DNA of 64,000 nt, from assembly GCA_045862955.1 (NCBI GenBank), contig BTVI01000007.1, positions 15,778 through 79,777 of the forward strand, given 5' to 3'. Under the pieces are notes generated by a model, which saw only the letters and a program-made list of their open reading frames with translations, did no database searches and was not told the DNA's origin. A program made the position numbers and the translations under genes. This document shows, piece by piece, positions 58,876 to 64,000 of the stretch. Each line of letters begins with the position of its first letter. Position 1 is the first letter of the stretch. This DNA is from Fimbriimonadales bacterium. Its GTDB lineage: Bacteria; Armatimonadota; Fimbriimonadia; Fimbriimonadales; JABRVX01.

Positions 58876-59763
58876 ATGCGAGATTGGGGAAGGCTGCTGA
58901 CGGCAATCGTGACCCCCTTCTCGTCCGACGGGCAAAGCGTGAACCACGCCGAGATGGCGCGAATAGCCAACCACCTCGTAGACTCCGGTAGCTCGGGAAT
59001 CGTGGTAGCAGGCACGACGGGAGAGTCTCCGACCCTAACGCATGAGGAGAAGTTGGCGGCGTTTCGAACCGTGCGCGAGGCCGTTGGACAGCGTGCAGCC
59101 ATTGTGGCCGGAACGGGCAGCAACAGCACGGAGCAGTCCATCGAGCTAACGCTCGAGGCAGAGGAGATGGGTCTCGACGGCGCCATGCTGGTCGCGCCCT
59201 ATTACAATAAGCCCTCCCAGGAAGGCCTCTTTCGCCACTTCCAAGCCGTTGCTTCTCGGACCAAACTACCGGTGCTGATCTACAACATCCCCAGCAGGAC
59301 GTCGGTGAACGTGGAGCCCTCTACCATCTTGCGTCTAATGGAGGCCTGTCCGAACGTGATCGCGGTGAAGGAAGCCAGTGGCAACATCGGTCAGATATCG
59401 GACCTTTGCGCTGCACTTCCGGAGGGTCGCAGAGTGTACAGCGGAGATGACGCACTGACTCTGCCTGTACTGGCGGTGGGCGGCTACGGCGTGGTGAGTG
59501 TCATGGCCCACGTTGCAGGCAGGGCGATCCGCGAGATGATCGAAGCGTACGTTTCGGGAAACACGGGTGAAGCGCTCCGGCTGCACCGAGCGACGGCGCC
59601 ACTCTGCAAAGCGCTGTTCTGCACCACGAGCCCCACGCCCGTGAAAGAAGCCGTAGGCATGCTGGGTTACGACGTCGGTCCGGTTCGGCTGCCCCTCGTG
59701 CCCCTGAACTCGGAGCAGCGGAGCCTAGTCAGAGAAGCGATGGTGGCGGCGGGGGTGTTATGA
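58876..59763 (+). CDS. dapA: 4-hydroxy-tetrahydrodipicolinate synthase
   Basis: GTTGESPTL, PYYNKP, YNIPSRT, KEASG, SGDD. Confidence 0.96.
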   Translation: MRDWGRLLTAIVTPFSSDGQSVNHAEMARIANHLVDSGSSGIVVAGTTGESPTLTHEEKLAAFRTVREAVGQRAAIVAGTGSNSTEQSIELTLEAEEMGLDGAMLVAPYYNKPSQEGLFRHFQAVASRTKLPVLIYNIPSRTSVNVEPSTILRLMEACPNVIAVKEASGNIGQISDLCAALPEGRRVYSGDDALTLPVLAVGGYGVVSVMAHVAGRAIREMIEAYVSGNTGEALRLHRATAPLCKALFCTTSPTPVKEAVGMLGYDVGPVRLPLVPLNSEQRSLVREAMVAAGVL

Positions 59764-60890
59764 TCGGGACGCAAAAGCACAGGTTCTTCTTTCATCCAGG
59801 CTCCTACGAGTACGACTTCGGTCACCCTCATCCACTTCGCCCCGAAAGACTGCGTCGCACCCTGGACCTGCTAGCCGCCGTAGGTGTCACCGACGGAATG
59901 CGGGTGGAGGAGCCCGAGCTGGCGCATACCGACGAGCTACTGCGCTGCCATTCCCACGAATACATCGTCGCCGTGGAGCGGGCCAGCGACGGTCACGTGG
60001 CAGAGCTGGAGTTCGGCTTGCGTGCAACGGACAACCCCGCGTTCCCCGGGATGTTCGAAGCTTCGCTGGCGTACACCAGTGCGTCCGTGTCCGCGGCCTA
60101 CGCGGTCGTCAACGGTGCCGATGTGGCATTCAATATCACGGGTGGGCTCCACCACGCCATGCGCAGTCGAGCCGCAGGCTTCTGCATCTTCAACGATTGC
60201 GCCATCGCGTGTTCCATCCTGCGCGACCGATTCGCACGGGTGGCCTACGTGGATATCGACCTCCATCACGGCGACGGCGTACAATTTCTTTTCTATGACG
60301 ACCCCACTGTGTTGACGGTCTCCATCCACCAAGACGGCCGCTCGTTGTTTCCGGGCACTGGACACGTGAGCGAGATTGGCGAAGGGCCGGGCGAGGGTTC
60401 GTCGGTCAACGTGCCGATGCCGCCCGGCGCCACCGACTCGCTTTGGCTGGGGGTGTTCGAGCCGACACTCCGCCGTAGCTTCGAGCTTTTCGAGCCAGAA
60501 GCGGTGGTTCTGCAAATGGGGACGGACCCGCACTATCTCGATCCGCTCGGCCAGCTTTCGGTGACGGCGCAAGGATGGCTCGAGGCGGTGCGCATCGTTT
60601 CCAGCTACGGCCTGCCGCTCGTGGGGCTCGGAGGTGGAGGCTACAACCTATCCACGGTGCCACGGATGTGGACTGCGGCCGTTGCGCACCTCTCCGGCGT
60701 TACCATTCCCGATGAGATTCCTTTGGACCTGGCAGCAAAGATCGGCGCCGACCACTTCTTCGACCTCGAACGCCCACCGGGAGAGGAAGCGATGACGGAG
60801 CAACTTCAACCCCTCGTTGACGACATCCGTCGTTCCGTCGCAGCCGGCCCGCTAGCAGCACTCGAAAGACTAGCGCTATCCCGTGGGTAA
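59760..60890 (+). CDS. acuC: Acetoin utilization protein AcuC / histone deacetylase family
   Basis: HPLRPER, GGLHHA, GFCIFND, DIDLHHGDG, FPGTG, GGGGY. Confidence 0.85.
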   Translation: MIGTQKHRFFFHPGSYEYDFGHPHPLRPERLRRTLDLLAAVGVTDGMRVEEPELAHTDELLRCHSHEYIVAVERASDGHVAELEFGLRATDNPAFPGMFEASLAYTSASVSAAYAVVNGADVAFNITGGLHHAMRSRAAGFCIFNDCAIACSILRDRFARVAYVDIDLHHGDGVQFLFYDDPTVLTVSIHQDGRSLFPGTGHVSEIGEGPGEGSSVNVPMPPGATDSLWLGVFEPTLRRSFELFEPEAVVLQMGTDPHYLDPLGQLSVTAQGWLEAVRIVSSYGLPLVGLGGGGYNLSTVPRMWTAAVAHLSGVTIPDEIPLDLAAKIGADHFFDLERPPGEEAMTEQLQPLVDDIRRSVAAGPLAALERLALSRG

Positions 60891-62232
60891 GCGGGGCACG
60901 ACCTTCGTCTGCCAGGAGTGTGGAGCCGCCACACCAAAGTGGTTGGGGCGGTGTCCTGCGTGCGATGCATGGAACAGCCTCGTCGAGGAGCCGACCGCCC
61001 CTGGCACGCAAGCATCGGGCGCACCCCCTTCGCAGCTGGCTCCGATCTCAGAGGTAGCTTCCCAGCCGCAGGAGCGGATCTCGACACGCCTCCCGGCGCT
61101 GGACGCTTTGCTAGGGGGCGGGTTGGTGCGCGGTTCCGTCGTGTTAGTAGCTGGGGAGCCGGGAGTAGGGAAGTCCACCATCGTATCGCAAGCTGCCGTG
61201 GGATTGTGCGAGGCCGGACCCGTCGTGTACGTGTCGGCCGAGGAGTCGCCTGCGCAGGTGGCTCTTCGCATGGCACGCCTCGGCGGCGCACCGAACAACC
61301 TGTTAGTGACGGACGAGGTGCGGGTAGAGGAGATGGAGGCTCATCTCTTGCGGGGCCACGCTGCCATCGTGGACTCCATCCAAACGGTACGCACGGACGC
61401 GCTCGAATCCGCGCAGGGCAGCGTATCACAAGTTCGAGAGTCGGCAGGACGCCTGCAGCGTATCGCAAAGGAGAACGGTGTCTCGATACTGCTAATCGGG
61501 CACGTGACCAAAGAAGGTGCGATCGCGGGCCCCAGGGTGCTAGAGCACCTAGTGGATGTCGTGCTCTACTTCGAGGGGGAGCGGGGAGTTCCGTATCGAG
61601 TGCTGAGAGCTACCAAGAATCGCTTCGGCGCTACCGACGAAGTGGCTTTGTTCGAGATGGCAGAGGACGGCTTGCGGTCCGTCGAGAACCCATCTGCCGC
61701 CTTGCTTGCAGAGCGGGCCGAGGGGGCGCCCGGCTCCGCGGTCTTGCCGGTGATGGAGGGCTCGCGGTGCCTGCTGGCGGAGGTGCAGGCGCTCTGCACT
61801 CCGAGCTTCTTGACGAACCCCCGCCGCGTGTTCACGGGCGTGGACTACAATCGAATGACCATCGTATTGGCGGTGATGGAGAAGCGGCTCGGCTTCCGCA
61901 TGGGCGGTCAAGACGTCTTCCTGAACATCGCCGGCGGTCTGCGAGTGGAGGAGCCCGCAGCCGATCTGTGTGCGCTGCTAGCCGCTGTCTCCAGTATCAA
62001 AGACACCTCGCTGCCCAGCGACCTAGTCGTGTTCGGCGAGGTGGGACTTGCGGGCGAGCTCCGCTCCGTCGGCCACGCCGAGCGGCGACTGAAGGAAGCA
62101 GCGCGGATGGGTTTCCGCGCCGCCCTGATACCTAGCTCCCAGAAGGTCTCGGCCGATTCTGGACTTCATCTCATCCGCGCACCGGATGTGCGGAGTGCGA
62201 TGAGCGCTACCCTTCCTGGGTCTGGCCGATAA
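60883..62232 (+). CDS. radA: DNA repair protein RadA/Sms
   Basis: C4 zinc finger, GEPGVGKST, DSIQT, KNRFG, GEVGLAGE. Confidence 0.96.
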   Translation: MGKRGTTFVCQECGAATPKWLGRCPACDAWNSLVEEPTAPGTQASGAPPSQLAPISEVASQPQERISTRLPALDALLGGGLVRGSVVLVAGEPGVGKSTIVSQAAVGLCEAGPVVYVSAEESPAQVALRMARLGGAPNNLLVTDEVRVEEMEAHLLRGHAAIVDSIQTVRTDALESAQGSVSQVRESAGRLQRIAKENGVSILLIGHVTKEGAIAGPRVLEHLVDVVLYFEGERGVPYRVLRATKNRFGATDEVALFEMAEDGLRSVENPSAALLAERAEGAPGSAVLPVMEGSRCLLAEVQALCTPSFLTNPRRVFTGVDYNRMTIVLAVMEKRLGFRMGGQDVFLNIAGGLRVEEPAADLCALLAAVSSIKDTSLPSDLVVFGEVGLAGELRSVGHAERRLKEAARMGFRAALIPSSQKVSADSGLHLIRAPDVRSAMSATLPGSGR

Positions 62233-63820
62233 AGTAGGCCGGGTTCAGCGGCTCGCCCGTGGTTCTACGAATCGTCTCCCTCCAGTCGAATAGATCGCCC
62301 ATCCTGAACAGGCCATCGCGGAAGAACTCTCCTAGCTTGGGACTGGTTACCATCTCTCGCATGTCACCGCTCGTAATGACCTTGTTCAGGATGTAGTGGC
62401 GTAGCTGACACGCATACATGTCGCCGAGAAGGTAGTTGTGGTAGTACGCGGGAGCGAGTGCGACGTGTATCTTCGTCGCCCAGTCGGGCATATCACGGCC
62501 TTCCGGCTTGCGGACCAGCTGATTGGCCTGAACCAGGTCCCACCATAACCCGTTCAGGTCGCGGTCTGGGTCCTGATACATCCCGCGCTCGAAGTGGGTC
62601 ATCACGAGCACCCACCGCGTGAAGATCAGCTTCTGCATACGGTCTTGTTCGCGTGCGGCTTTGGCGACCGCAGCGGCCTCCTCCGCGGGTACACCGGCAT
62701 ATTCGGTGAGCCACGCTTCGGTGTTCACGAGGCTGCCGAAGAAGATGGCGACCGCCTCCGTGGTCAGGACGTGACTGGGGCTGCGAAGCAACCAGGGCAA
62801 AGAGGGATCGATGAACTTATCGTACACGGCGTGTCCATACTCGTGCAGAAGCGTGCCCATCCACCTCGCCGTGGGCCGCACGTTGCACAATACGCGCACG
62901 TCGCCCCGCCGATCGATGTCTGTACAGAAGGCATGCTGGTTCTTTCCTTCGCGTTCGAACAGGTCCGACCGCTCGATGAGGTCGTCTACCGGCAGGCCGA
63001 TCCGGTCGAAAAACCGAGTGGTGATCGCGACCAGGTCCTTGTCCGCAAAGTACCTATCCATCTCCACCTTGGGCCGCGGAGCACCCTGAAAGTAAGGATC
63101 GGGGTAATTCCAGGGCAGCGATGCCTCCGCGTCGGTCAATCCGCACCGCTCGGCGATCTCCGCGTCCACCTTGGCCTTCACCTCGGCGAAACCCTTCATG
63201 CTGGCACGGTCCAGCTCGCCGAGTAGCGCCATCAGTTCCTCTACATCGAACTCCTGCAACCGCAGAGACTGGGTGTGGTAGTCGCTGAAGTGCAAGCGAC
63301 GAGCTTCTGTGTTCCGCATTCGTGCGAGTTCGCGGATGTTGTCGGCTACCAGGGGCCCGATTTGCTTGCTGGCTTCCCAGGCATCCCTTCGCTCGGCAAC
63401 GTCCGCACTCTTGTGCAGCACTTCGTCCAGCACGTTGTTCGGAACTTTCTCTCCCCGAAAGTCCGCTCGGAAGTTGTTGTAGACGGCAGCCACCTCTTGC
63501 TCTTTGTCCACGATGGCGGCAAGAGATTCGGGTGACATCTGATGTCCCGTGTATGCGTTCAGCAGCACGCGGTGCATTCGCTTCATGACGGGGTCGGTGA
63601 ACTTCTCCACCGAGGTCTGCCGCAGGAAGTCGAACTCATGGGGCCGAGCGTAGATGCCGCGATACTGCTTCTGCAGTTCCGCCGCTCGCTGCATAGCCTC
63701 GGGCTTGCCGGTAGTCGCGAACTCCCAGGATGCGATGGCAGCCGCCGTGTGCAACGGTTCGACCTCGGCCGTATGACGCGTGGCGAACTCCCGGATGCTC
63801 TCGTCGGAATGGGTTCCCAT
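62207..63820 (-). CDS. M2/M3-family (gluzincin) metallopeptidase
   Basis: GKNQHAFC, LLHEYGHA, TEAVA, KIHVALAPAYYHNY; ATG 63820. Confidence 0.85.
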   Translation of the reverse strand: MGTHSDESIREFATRHTAEVEPLHTAAAIASWEFATTGKPEAMQRAAELQKQYRGIYARPHEFDFLRQTSVEKFTDPVMKRMHRVLLNAYTGHQMSPESLAAIVDKEQEVAAVYNNFRADFRGEKVPNNVLDEVLHKSADVAERRDAWEASKQIGPLVADNIRELARMRNTEARRLHFSDYHTQSLRLQEFDVEELMALLGELDRASMKGFAEVKAKVDAEIAERCGLTDAEASLPWNYPDPYFQGAPRPKVEMDRYFADKDLVAITTRFFDRIGLPVDDLIERSDLFEREGKNQHAFCTDIDRRGDVRVLCNVRPTARWMGTLLHEYGHAVYDKFIDPSLPWLLRSPSHVLTTEAVAIFFGSLVNTEAWLTEYAGVPAEEAAAVAKAAREQDRMQKLIFTRWVLVMTHFERGMYQDPDRDLNGLWWDLVQANQLVRKPEGRDMPDWATKIHVALAPAYYHNYLLGDMYACQLRHYILNKVITSGDMREMVTSPKLGEFFRDGLFRMGDLFDWRETIRRTTGEPLNPAYFIGQTQEG

Positions 63821-63941
63821 GTCGTAGGTCCTCGTCTGGTGAAAGGTTCGCCATAGCGTACCATGCTCTGGGGAACGTCCTGGAGGTACCCCTCGGTACA
63901 ATGGTCGAGGGCGAGTATAGGTCGCCCAAACAAGGAGGTTA

Positions 63942-64000
63942 GTGAGGATGTTCACGCACCGTGTGCTGGCCGCGGCCTTTCTCGCCGCTGTCGTATCCCC
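63942..64000 (+). CDS. 5' fragment of a probable exported protein, running off the window
   Basis: AAGGAGG SD; in-frame GTG 63942/ATG 63948; MFTHRVLAAAFLAAVV signal-like sequence. Confidence 0.55.
   Translation, partial: MRMFTHRVLAAAFLAAVVS

Noticed and set aside
60918-62135. 405-aa alternate-frame ORF inside radA
   Set aside because: Arg/Gly-rich off-frame translation with no motif support

Overview
GC-rich bacterial chromosomal window, most consistent with Armatimonadota (Fimbriimonadia-like). This is inferred from protein families and was not confirmed by a search. Housekeeping blocks: tRNA-Cys-scpA-scpB-dac-rluB-BtuF-like at the left, rarA in the middle, and folK-pilC-J-domain-pilB-like plus rpsO-pnp-M16-dapB-asd-dapA-acuC-radA at the right. 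Accessory content lies between them: a large exported HExxH/HEAT protein, a secreted nucleoside hydrolase with psuG, two tandem flagellins, and a membrane-anchored degenerate macrodomain with GT2 and FAD oxidoreductase genes. It also includes four tandem kelch-propeller paralogues and two S8 proteases that all share one C-terminal Ig-like plus dockerin-like module, an orphan sugar isomerase/kinase/aldolase cluster, an mtaC-mtaB-UroD-like methyltransferase operon, and many CGTC-type REP-like palindromes (an 11-copy tandem array and a ~560-bp tandem duplication). Best candidates for undescribed biology: (1) a promoter-driven cassette of CxxC redoxin, atypical prepilin and a 12-Cys secreted miniprotein; (2) the six-member family with the shared dockerin-like tail and mosaic gene-conversion tracts; (3) probable ATA initiation codons on both scpA and scpB. 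All calls come from reading the sequence and motifs by eye.
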